A stretch of DNA of 64,000 nucleotides from Haliotis rubra (taxonomy: Eukaryota), in contig NW_025767166.1 of assembly GCF_003918875.1 (NCBI RefSeq), forward strand, positions 186,001 to 250,000, written 5' to 3'. Made by a program: the position numbers and the translations under genes. The notes under the pieces were generated by a model. The model saw only the letters and a list, made by a program, of their open reading frames with translations. It did no database searches and was not told the DNA's origin. Below, piece after piece: positions 1-11,500 of this stretch. Each line of letters begins with the position of its first letter. The stretch's first letter is position 1.

Positions 1-259
1 TTTTTCATGGATTATAAATTTGATATGTCATGTAATGTCCGCCTTATGTGGAGTCGGCTAACAGCCACGCCTATTTCATGAAAACTTGGGACCCCTGTTG
101 GCTGTATGTTAGGATTAATATTATGTACTTATTAACTATATATTATGTAAAACAGGTATATATCATTTCTTTGAGTGGCATTTAAAAGCTGGCATGATGA
201 ACACGGACGAATTTTCTTGCTTAAAAAATGTGTCTATCCATTAAAAAACGTTCATGATC

Positions 260-480
260 AGGTATATATCAGGTATACATTGGGTATATATCACGTATAT
301 ACAGGCACATAACAGGCTAATATGAGTTAAATCATCAAGTTTCAGGTATATATGTTTCAAGTATATTACAGGTACGTAAAAGGTATATAGGAGAAATCAT
401 CAAGTTTCAGGTATATATGTTTCAGGTATATATGAGGTACGTAACAGGTATATTGGAGAATTCATTCAGTGTCAGGTACT
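260..480. repeat. Degenerate tandem repeat with CAGGTATATA-like cores, including a duplicated AAATCATCAAGTTTCAGGTATATATGTTTCA segment
   Basis: Repeated caggtata(ta) cores; aaatcatcaagtttcaggtatatatgtttca occurs near 329 and near 393. Confidence 0.6.
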
Positions 481-545
481 TATGGTAAATCATTTAGTTT
501 CAAAGGCAACCGCTCACGAAGAATGTTCGATGACAAATCTAATAT

Positions 546-985
546 ACACAGAACTTCCGTGTCTACAAGACGTACAGAATCAAAGGAATGATTTTGTTCC
601 CGAAACTTAATGGAAGGGCTGTCTCAAAATTTCTTTGTTGATGCTAAAACTGAACTAGTTCTAGTGAACTAGTTCAGTTTTAGCAGCAACAAGACGTACA
701 GAATCAAAGGAATGATTTTGTTCCCGAAACTTAATGGAAGGGCTGTCTCCTTTGATTCTGTACGTCTTGAAGACACGGAAGTTCTGTGTTCAAAACTCCA
801 TTGAAGATTAAATCACATTTACATGAGTCACAAAGGGATCTACCACATCTAGACGGACGGACTCTGTCTACCGCCAGACAGACACTCGACGGCCACTGAC
901 ACAAGGCATACATTTATCACAAGTTACAGTATCTCTGTGTGACAATTCCATCCCTCGTTCCCATCAGGGGACTTACGCGGTTTAA
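546..985. repeat. Dispersed repeat copy with a nested inverted/direct-repeat end
   Basis: About 752-985 is clearly homologous to about 17481-17698 in the same orientation. 546-587 is the inverted complement of 748-789, 565-625 is directly repeated at 689-749, and there is a hairpin at 635-692. Confidence 0.75.
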
Positions 986-1385
986 GCGCTATGGGAGTTA
1001 CATATTAGGATGCTGTGGGGGCCTAAAGGAATTGTATTTGGAAGCAAAACGCCTAAAACAAACGTGTTTGTAATAGAATAGGAATTGTCTGACACAAATG
1101 CATGAACTAGTTCACACGCACGCACATAGATACATCCAAATAGGTATAGTGTATTTCGTTATATAATGTTAAGTACGCCACTTGTAGCAATATTTCAGTA
1201 ATATCACGGCCGGGAACACACATTGTACCCAGCATGACTATGTGTCGTCATAAACAACGGCGTTGAACGGTGCTCAACACATCAACCATTGGTAATTCTA
1301 ATTTCAGAGAGTCGTAATCGATGACTGGCAGATCAAAGAAATCAAATTTCGACATTTGACATCCTTTAAAACACCAGTCATCAAA

Positions 1386-1459
1386 TTCTGGTGTCCCCCA
1401 CCGTGTATTGCTGGATTTTTGCTCAAAGTGGCGTAAAACTAAACTCACTCACTCACTCA
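1386..1459 (+). mobile_element. 3' fragment of tRNA-derived SINE (family A) with (ACTC)n tail
   Basis: ttctggtgtccccc-ccgtg...gcgtaaaactaaactcactcactcactc matches the 3' half of the full copy at 16485-16653. Confidence 0.75.
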
Positions 1460-1483
1460 TCAAATCTGTTCTTTCTGTTTCAG

Positions 1484-2412
1484 AAAAAGTTGCAGATATC
1501 GCCGACGACCTGACGGAAGCGGATGTCGATGATCTTCTAGATGACGGCGACGAACCTGCTGACGAACCAGATGATGACATGCACGACGACCTTACCGATA
1601 TGGACATTGATGATCTGTTTGATGAAGACGATTATGATGAAGATAGGCAAGGCGATGGTAGATCGATACTCATGACTGATGATGGCAGAGAAAAGACATC
1701 TGCACATGACGACATTTGGGATGATCTGACTGATGCCGATGTTGATGACCTGCTGGATGATGACAGCCATGACGACTACCACGACGATCACAGCGATGAA
1801 GAGGAACACTCCGATGACATGGGGGAAGATCTGACTGAAATAGATGTTGATGACTTGTACGATGATGAAGATGAGGACGATGAAGATGATGAGGACGAGG
1901 AGGACAGCGTCTATAACAGGATGAAGGAAGTCCGTGACAACATCAGAGAAAGGCTAGCAGATGCTAGCAGCAATGGAGGTGGCGATGACAGATCCGATGT
2001 GGAGACCAATAAGGGGTCTTCATCTGACAAAGATCTTGATGATTTCCTTGGGGATATCGACAGATTGTTGCTCGATATGGAGAGCAGCGATGACGAGGGG
2101 GATGATCAACTTGATGAAGACTTTGACAAGTTCATGAAGGATTTCAAATCTCTTGCTGCCAACGGCAGCATCAGAAAAACTATCGACATATCCGATGACG
2201 ACATTGATGAATTGTTTGATGAGGTTGATGATGACATGGAGGAAGGTGGTGAAAAAGCTACTCTTAAGGAGAGGGTGGCTTATATGAAGGAAAGACTAGC
2301 ACAGATGAAATCCCTTAATGGTGATGATAGTGATACTAAAGAAGGTTCTAGTCTGCAGGAAAACTGGCTTGATATGAAAGAAACAATAGCAGAAATGAAT
2401 GAAGGCAAGGCA

Positions 2413-2456
<44 letters not shown>

Positions 2457-2703
2457 AACAATAATCTCAACGAACGGATCGAAGACATGAAAGAAAGAAT
2501 TGAAGAAATGAATTCAGGCAATGATGATGATGATGATTGATGATGAAAAATCTAATCTCAATGAACGAATGGAAGATATAAGAGAAAGATTAGAAGGCAT
2601 GAATTCAGGCAATGATGATGATGATGATGATGATGATGAAAATCTAATCTCAATGAACGAATGGAAGATATAAGAGAAAGAATAGAAGACATGAATTCAA
2701 GCA

Positions 2704-2735
<32 letters not shown>

Positions 2736-2797
2736 ATCTCATCTCAGCGAACGAATTGAAGATATAAGAGAAAGAATAGAAAACATGAATTCAGGCA

Positions 2798-2830
<33 letters not shown>

Positions 2831-3475
2831 TCTAATCTCAGCGAACGAATTGAAGATATAAGAGAAAGAATAGAAGACATGAAAGCTGCTGATGCTGGTG
2901 AAACATTCAGTCTAAACAACAGGATGGAAGAAATGAAAGAAAGGATAGAAGAAATGAATGCCAGCGATGACGATGATGACGACAACGATGACGATGATGA
3001 TGATGAAGCGTCCGATGCACAGAGCACTATCAGTAACAGAATGAAGTCGATCAAGGAAAAGTTAGAAAATCTCAGAAACAAAAGCGATGACGACGCCGAC
3101 GTTGATGGCATTCAGACGCCACAACTGACGCGTCTCGAGCTGCTAAGTCAGAAGGTACGGGAATCCCAAGAACGGTTAGGTGACCTCAAAGAGACATTCC
3201 ACGACCTCACTGCAGCTAATGGCGACAAACATGAGGATGAAGATGACGACAAGGACTACGATTCCCTCGGCAGTCGTGACTACGATACCGATGAAGATGA
3301 TGAGGCCTATGGCGGTGACGACAGTATCCGACTGAGGCTGATGCACCGTTTACAGTCCCAACGCCGCACACTGAACAGCGACGTTGATGATGATGGCAAC
3401 GAAACGTCGCCAGCGATGACACTGTACGACGACGACGAGAACGACGATAAAGGTACACCATCACTGATTTCATGA
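1484..3475 (+). CDS. Large exon of an extremely Asp/Glu-rich repetitive protein (candidate Ca-binding or biomineralisation protein); frameshifted in (GAT)n tracts; upstream exons outside the window or not identified
   Basis: Acceptor ctttctgtttcag at 1471-1483, then an open acidic frame to about 2410. Repeats NLNERMEDIRERIEDMNSGN(D)n at 2400-2880 contain several frame slips. The frame resumes at 2879-3475, ending at TGA or at a possible phase-1 donor AG|GTACAC at 3452/3453. Confidence 0.75.
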
Positions 3476-3582
3476 ATCAAGCAAATATCTTTCATAATTC
3501 GTTACGGGAGAGTGAAGAGTCTATTCCTCTAAGTCTCCACAATTCGCTTGCAGAGTTGTACCCCTTGGGGCGTCATAATCTT

Positions 3583-3736
3583 GTGAGTGAGTGAGTTTAG
3601 TTTTACGCCGCTTTTAGCAATTTTCAAGCAATATCACGGCGGGGGATATCAGAAATGGGCTTCACACATTGTATCTATGTGGGGAATCGAACCCAGGACT
3701 TCGACGTGACGAGCGAACGCTTTACCGCACCGCCCC
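3583..3736 (-). mobile_element. tRNA-derived SINE family A
   Basis: Reverse complement of the 16485 copy, with B-box GGTTCGATTCCC and (ACTC)n tail. Confidence 0.85.
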
Positions 3737-4514
3737 TTAATCTTATCGAACGACGGTTCGAATCCATGATTCGCCCTGATTCTTGGTTTGTCGACTAGAC
3801 TAGGATTTAATAGAACTAAACTTCAACTTATCTTACTATTTTGAACGTCGGGTAAACTGAGACGCATTGGACATGATTCTAGACAGTTCACATGACGTGT
3901 TCAGGGGACAGGGAGTACATCCACTACACTCTCATCAATCATGCTTAGGTCACCGTGACCCGCTTGTCAACCACGCACATTGTTGATTGCACGAACAGAA
4001 TGTGTGCCTTCACGATATGTCTAATCACGTAAGGAAACATAACTCGTCATATTTCTATTGATTTGACAAATTACTCAAGGTTATATCTGTTGTTATCACA
4101 TAGTGTAGAAGATTACAGGCATATGTATGACGTTGAATCAACGAGACAGTAACGATCTGTTTATATAACGAACAAGCGTGTAACTACTATACTACTTCGA
4201 CTGCTATTGCGAACTTGTTTATGGTCTGACTGCTGTATGTTTGAAGTCGAAATACAGACTACGGTTGTAACGAACTCAGAAGTCCACTGGTTTCAATTCG
4301 TTATAACCGTAGTTTACTTTATATCTGCTATATCATTTAGGGGCACGATGTACCCGGGTCATGTTGACCTTTACTCGTCAGTATATCAATAATGATACGT
4401 ATTTGTAACCTTAGAGATGCACCAGTGTATCCTCTTATTTTTAACTTTCAGACATAATCATTGAACATAGATTCATTTATAGCAGCTTTGTGATTGGGAA
4501 ATATGTTGTGGAAA

Positions 4515-5035
4515 TATTTGACGCCAGCAATATATGACGTCAGATACATTTGTGACATCGTTATATGTGACATGTGAACATGACTGCAGCAATACTTGAC
4601 GCCAGATATATATGACACAGCGGCAAAATGTGACGGCAGATATACCCGTGACTGCAGCAATATGTGACTTTAGACATATATGTGACACTAACAATATGTG
4701 ATGCCAGCAAAATGTGACGTCAGATATTTTTATGTGACGCCGGTAATATTTGATCGCAGATATGTATGTGTGACACCAGCAATATGTGAAGTCAGATATA
4801 TATATATATACACCGGTAATATTTGATCGCAGATATATATGTGTGACACCAGCAATATGTGACGTCAGGTATATTTATGTGACACCGGTAATATTTGATC
4901 GCAGATATAAATGTGTGACACCAGCAATATGTGACGTCAGGTACATTTATGTGACACCGGTAATATTTGATCGCAGATATAAATGTGTGACATCAGCAAT
5001 ATGTGACGTCAGATATATTTATGTGACACCGGCAA
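4515..5035. repeat. Minisatellite, ~72-bp unit (dimer of ~36-bp subunits)
   Basis: Repeated gtgacaccagcaatatgtgacgtcagatatatttatgtgacaccggtaatatttgatcgcagatata; explains the periodic ORF 4786-5040. Confidence 0.9.
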
Positions 5036-7183
5036 TCTGACTTCTCCTTTCAGACACATGTCCAGTGTTCCCGGTAAAGATAAAAAAGAACGTGATCACT
5101 GTCTCCACTGGAAATGGATGTGAAATGTAAGTATTTCTTCAGAGCTCTTCCAATACGTCAGTACTGTTGTAGCAGGTGCATTAAAAGTACTCAACGTAAA
5201 TTGCAAGCACAAAACGAATTTTAAACGAATTAGGGCCTTATAGAAAATCATCAGCGAAAATATGTAGTTAAGTCTACTAGTCCAAGTTTGTATGTTTCAT
5301 TATCGACTAAGGTGATTAAATCCGTGAACACCTGGTGTCAGCTATAGTTAATGTTTTGTTGGTCTTCGTAGTTACCTGGTCGCTGGTCTTGTTATCATTC
5401 GGTCAGGGTGGCTTCCCCCGTGTTTGGTGTTGTCATTCCCTGTGTAACACCATTCCAGACACATATCATACAGATGACCATCCCGTGATTGATATTTGGA
5501 GCAAGTTGAAATACTATGACATACAACACTATGTCTGACCATACTGTACATTAACGGCCGTATAGGTCGTTGAGGAAATGTCCCAACGGTGAAACCCTCC
5601 TGGGAGAAAGTACCTGAGGAACTTGCGTGTTATCACGGCCATTTATCACTCATCCGTTTGATAACCATATAGCTGCACTAAGCATTGTGTAATACCACAG
5701 AATGTGCGCGTGTACTGCTGAGACATTTGCTGAAACATATCGAAAACTCTGGGCTCATTAATTGTCATTGTGTGAGAGACAATAGCTCACTGTGAGGAGC
5801 CCATGCACACTCGATGACCTCACCAACCCTGTTCCCACGCTGACGTCACTGTTCCACCGGTTCATCTTGTAACAACATTTCTCAAATTAATTCAAAGGGT
5901 TTTATGACGTCTTTGTAAACGTTTTTGTGCTGTCTTCTGAAGTTAGGCGGCTGTGAGTTAAAATGTTAGATTCATAAGTGTCAACTTTAAATGTTTGAAG
6001 GTGTATTTTTCAACATTTTTCTACTCAGTCAGTTTGTGGTATGGATTGAGTCAATGCATATTTACCCACGACAGTGCATGTTGTATTTAAACGCTTGACG
6101 TAGTCTCTGTTTAACAAGTTTTAAAAGCCAAGTAATAAATTCTAAACGAACTTCTGTGTGATACAAGCTTTATACTCTATATTTCTGACGGGTTCGTTAT
6201 GTATGATATATACTGACCACCTGTATATGATGTAGTATATAGATGTTATATATACATGTTATATATTCATGTTATTTTCATCCCCAGCGTCATCAAGTTG
6301 TCAGGTCATAGCACGGGAAACGTCATAGTCCGGAAGCGGAACTGAAGATCACGTGACATGGGGAGTACAATCAGAACATTCTGCTTCCGGAAACGGGCGA
6401 ATGGTTACGGCTGCCGATGACTGGAATGGTCATGGGAGGGTAACGTTGGGTGGAGGCGCACGGCTTTGACAGTGTAACCACGAAAGTCACCTGACAAGCA
6501 ATTTCCAACAATAAATATCCGACATTCATTTTCTCTGCGGAAGACAAAGTCGAACAGAGGGCCGCCATGACAGGTCAGGGTTATTGCGGTGTATATAGTG
6601 TTAGTGTGTGGCTGAAGCTTGGTGGTGGTCATCAAGATTTGTAAACCTGGATATAATCATAACGCGAGTATGTATACATCTTATTTTCCAGAATAAATAT
6701 TTTTACAAGATGGTCATATTGAATCGTTTGTTTTATCAATGAGCTGAGTGATCACGACGTTTGACCGAGTGGTCGGGTAGACAGACTGGGTGACGTCATC
6801 CACCCTGATGGCGAGGCCTTCCCAACAGACACGTTCGTTATTGTGGAGGTTGCTGCGTTGGTAACCATTGTATCAACATTTTAACATATGTAACACCATC
6901 ATTTCGATTTTTGACAATATGTGGAAATCTGACGTTGTTTCAACGTTAGAAAGTAATCCGACATTAACGTTTCATAACATAAAAGTTCCGCCGGTTATTC
7001 CAACATTGAACGACTAAATGCTGGTGCTTGAAACAGATATGCACTGTGTGAGCGCACGTTTGAGCGGAAACTAGATGAAACTACGGAGTGGGTTTGGGAG
7101 GTCATTTGGACGAATTCTCTTCTATTCCTCTAAGGCTCCACAATTCGCTTGCAGCGTTGTACCCCAAGGGGTGTCGTAATCAA

Positions 7184-7330
7184 ATGAGTTTAGTTTTACG
7201 TCGCTATTCCAGAAATATCACGGCGGGGACACCAGAAAAGGGCTTCACACATTGTACCCATATTGGGACTCGAACCCCGGTCTGCGGCGTGACGAGCGAA
7301 CGCTTTAACTACTTGGCTACCCCACCGCCC
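7184..7330 (-). mobile_element. tRNA-derived SINE family A
   Basis: Reverse complement gives gggcggtggggtagccaagtagttaaagcgttcgctcgtcacgccgcagaccggggttcgagtccc, matching the 16485 copy. Confidence 0.85.
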
Positions 7331-8284
7331 GTTTAGAGCTATAGAGATGTAAACCGAACCGACTAAAATTCAACATTCAAGGACGGTTGATTCAACACCA
7401 TTTCACCATACAAATGTAAATTACAGCCATTTCAACATTGATTCAGTATTGCTCTTCCTGTTGGTTGCTGTCTGACATTGTCTCTAGTTTTTTATTATAT
7501 AACTGGAATATTGCACAGCACTGAACCAAGTCGGTCGCTAGACAGTGTTATCACGTCGTGACAAGGCAGGTAGAGTGTAATCTGTAGATAAGACCCCAGT
7601 CTCCAACACCGCTTTGAGGTAGGTCAACTGCATGTAACGGGGAGTAAGAATATTCACCTTTCAGCAGCTTGGGAAGAAACTGTACGGGCTGACAATGGAA
7701 AATGTGAGACATTCTCGCGATCCCACAGTCGTGTTGTGTACATTAGTCTTGTTTCCAAAGGCGGAGAGAGCGAGAATGTCCCTTACACTAGTCCATAGAT
7801 AACCCAGTCTGCCGTTTCTATAAAATACCTTGGTCTACACACGTGTTACATGCTGTGATGCGTTGAAGGGTAGAGTCAGTTGTTTTGTTTCTTTGTTATT
7901 TCCTGTATCATTCAACCGTTAGTTATATTTAACATTACCATTACTGCCAGTAACCAGTCTATTGGGATACATATCACCATTGTAGATTTGTTGTGGTTTT
8001 TTAGGTCTTTTTTCTGTGAGTGGGATGAATCACATGGGTTCGAATTACGGTTTGGACAATTATTTTAAATAAAAGTCTAGACTTTTGCAATCGCATATTG
8101 TTTTTGTATGTTATGATTAACCTATATTTCAAATTTGAACGAGATAGCGGTAGAATTTTCTTGAAAATTCATTTCTTCACCGATATCGTGATCTCAAGAT
8201 TTATATTTTAAAAATTAATGTCCAAACAGTGATTCGAACCCCTTTGGGGTGCATATATTAAGGACAATATCCGTTTATATATCC

Positions 8285-8456
8285 CATAGGCGGATCCAGA
8301 GGGGGGTGCAGGGGTGCGCACCCCCTCTTTTCTCCTGAAAGTTTATTAAATGACCATTGAAACTCGGGTGAAAATGAAGTGTGCACCCCCCTTTTCTCAA
8401 TAGTGTGTAACCCCACCCCCACCCCCACCCCTGTCAAAAAGCTGTATCCGCCCCTG
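8285..8456. mobile_element. MITE with CA(T/G)RGGCGGATCCAG-type TIRs and 5-bp TSD
   Basis: Ends cataggcggatccag and ctgtatccgcccctg; flanked by TATCC on both sides. Confidence 0.75.
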
Positions 8457-8563
8457 TATCCGGTGTTTCTGGCTTCACTTCCGTTTCTGTGACAATATTT
8501 GTAGTATCGAGAAATGACGTCAATATTGGTTATTGCCAATTATTTCTCATTAGTGAGGTCATA

Positions 8564-11500
8564 ATGGTATCCTTGCTGACGTCATTGTTGGTGGTGAGCG
8601 TGTCGGCAAGTCAGCCTGGAGTGGAATTCGTGGGCGTTGGTTACAACCTGCTTACCGCCAACCCAGACGGAGGGGACAGCGTCTTAGGGGGAGTCGACCC
8701 GGGCATTCTCTACACCAGGAAGGTATTACACGGACAGAAGGATGAAAGTTTATTAACGTCTCACGTCTAGTCATATACAGGAATTTTCTTACAAACAATA
8801 TATGTGAGCTTAAATATTCAGAACCACCCATAGGACCCATTTGGAGAAGTATGTGTGTGAATAGATGAATATAAACATATGTATACATATATAGAGAGAG
8901 AAATTCATAAAATAATGACATAACACAATTTTCCCTCCCAGGCGTTTCAACTTTATCTTCAGAGTAGACTCCCTGAAGATAAAGCTTAAACGCGTAGGAA
9001 GGAAATTCATGTTGTGTCTTTATGTTATGGAATTCTTTGCATATGTACTACTGTAGATTGTTGAAAGAAACCCGTTAATACATGTCTTGATATCGTTATG
9101 TAATCCCTCTGGCTTCTGTACACGCGGTAGGTATTTGACATCACCCCTGGCAACAACCCACCGGAAGTCGTGGTAGAGAAGCGTCACAGCTGCGTGCACA
9201 TCCAGGAGAATCACGTGTTCTACGGCAGCAAATCGTACCAGGATAAACTGGGCCTAGACGTCAAGTCTTCTGGTATGTGGGCTTCTCGATAACTGTCCGA
9301 TGCCTGATCAGGACGTCTGGTAGACACCGGACTAGACAGGAGTCAACCAGATGTGCAGATCAGGAGTCGGACTCCTGTCTAGTCCTGTGTCTACCAGACG
9401 TCCAGATCAGGAGTCGGACTCCTGTCTAATTCTGTGTCTACCAGACGTCCAGATCAGAAGTCGGACTCCTGTCTATTCCTGTGTCTACCAGACGTCCAGA
9501 ACAGGAGTCCGACTCCTGATCTGCACATCTGGTAGACACAGTCCTGGACAGAACACAGGACCCTTGGGGTTCCATTCGAGGAAAAAAATGTCTTTAGGCT
9601 GTGACCGAAAAATAAAATAATAAGAATTGTCCTGTCGTCAGTTCCACTCAGTGTATGATGAGCATGTGTACCATTGGTTCTTTCAGGTGGAGTAAGCGCC
9701 GTTCTAGCTAAGTTCGCCTTCACTCTCAGTGGACGTAAGTTTCATTTGAATGGATCTCACGTTGTCATCATAGAATATTTAATTGAAATCAACCATTGTG
9801 CATGTGCATACAAAACAATGTATCATGTTACCGCATTGATATATTTCAAGAGAGTGACTCTGGTTTTACGCCACACTCTGATATAGTTATCGTATGTCGA
9901 AGAACAAGAAACAAATTATTTAATTAGACCAATCAGATCTTGTGTCAGTTAAATCAACGAATCAGGGCTGCTGTCACTCAAATTAACCAATCATGGCTGA
10001 TGTCAAATTAAATTAACCAATCAAAGCTGCTGTAAATCAAATTAGGTTACCAGCATGCCCGTGAGGAGACCAATCAGAACCACCAGGTGTTCCTGGACAA
10101 CCAGAACGTGTGTAACCTAGGACGGGCGAGATACGCGGATGAACTGGCGCAGTCGTTGGGCTTCTCAGTCAGTAGGAACTTTGCCGCTGCCGCTTGTCGA
10201 CTGCCGTCTGTGTACGATGAGGAAAACTACATGGATTTCATAGACCAGTGGGGCACGGTGAGTGTCGTCTGTGTACGATGGGTGGCAAAACCACTGACAT
10301 TACATATCAACCCATTTTGCTTGTGGATGATCTGTTGCTCCACCGTTGTCGTTGTTCGTGGTTGGTATCTCTTCTGTCAACTTCAGCGATCGTGCTTGTA
10401 GATTCCCCAGCGCCGGACTACCATAAAGCTGTTCTTTATTTCGTTTCATATGTTCCATATTTTGTATTGTCAGCACGTGACGATGGAGGTGGAGCTGGGG
10501 AGTAGGCAGATCAAGAGGTACAAGAGCACTCTCAGTCAGTTTGTCGAGCATGTCCGGAAACAGGTGAGACAACAGGCGACACTGAGAAACATTAGTATGT
10601 ATTGCAGTATTTAAGCCAAATCATTCAATTCTACTGAACATGGGTCAGCAAGTAATATTTAACATAATATATATTGGTTCCTGTTCCATCTGAGGGACGC
10701 AACCCTGCGAGTAGATTACCACTACCGCTCCGGGCGGTACGTACGGGTATTTTACCGCGTAGCCGGATGAAGCTACAGTGACGGCACCTGATTGGTGTCA
10801 GTACAGACGACCCGTAGTCATTTGAGAGACTGATCTCTCAAAAGCCAAAAGAAGCTATTTTGGCACTGTGAGGAGATGGTTACATCAACGGCGTTCATTC
10901 ACCCAAAACCGGAACTAAAACATCAAAGGCTCCTGCAGGTTCTTGGTATTTTCAGGGTGGTGCCGACATCTCCCTGGGAGGATCCTACATGGGGTACGGG
11001 GCCTCCCTTGCTGTCAACTTTGAGAAGTTCAAGGGCAGTGACAGCTACAAACTGCAGTTTGGGGACTTCCAGTACACGCTCGAGGCAGGAACCCCGGAAC
11101 TTCCAGAACCTATCGGGGTCAAGGTCGTTACCATTGACACGGCCTTCAACTCTAAATACTGGCAGAAAATGGATGACTTCATACGTGGCCTTCAGTGTAA
11201 GGATGGGATGGACACAATGGCTCTTGGTAATCGTCAGGCGAACATTGCAAGGGCGCTGCAGGGCTACGCTGCCTACAAAATGGCACAAGGACCAACCGGT
11301 AGGTCTTTCATAAACACCTGAAAGCCCATTACATTCATGAAAGTATGCATTTTGCATGGGATCATTGCTTACCTTATAACGATAGGATTTTTTTTAAACG
11401 TAAGACAATCACGTGTTAGTAAAAGATTAATGATGGTATGGTATGGTACAGAATATAGTTGGTATGGTATGGTTTGGTACTTTTTAACATAGTGATTATA

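Noticed and set aside
2413-2490. Poly-methionine C-terminus of ORF 1408-2490
   Set aside because: Out-of-frame reading of a (GAT)n poly-Asp tract. The ORF's N-terminus (1408-1483) is SINE/intron sequence.
4786-5040. Repeat-protein ORFs over minisatellites (also 17198-17397, 28918-29253, 49776-49958, 56277-56497)
   Set aside because: Periodic translations of non-coding tandem repeats.
6590-7870. Candidate TATA boxes and 5' non-coding exons for the apextrin-like gene (~6592 and ~7819)
   Set aside because: An acceptor before the ATG implies an upstream exon, but I cannot choose between the candidates from sequence alone.
10876-11357. Overlapping ORFs 10876-11313 (+) and 10923-11357 (-)
   Set aside because: Shadows of apextrin-like exon 6, whose true frame is fixed by splice phase.
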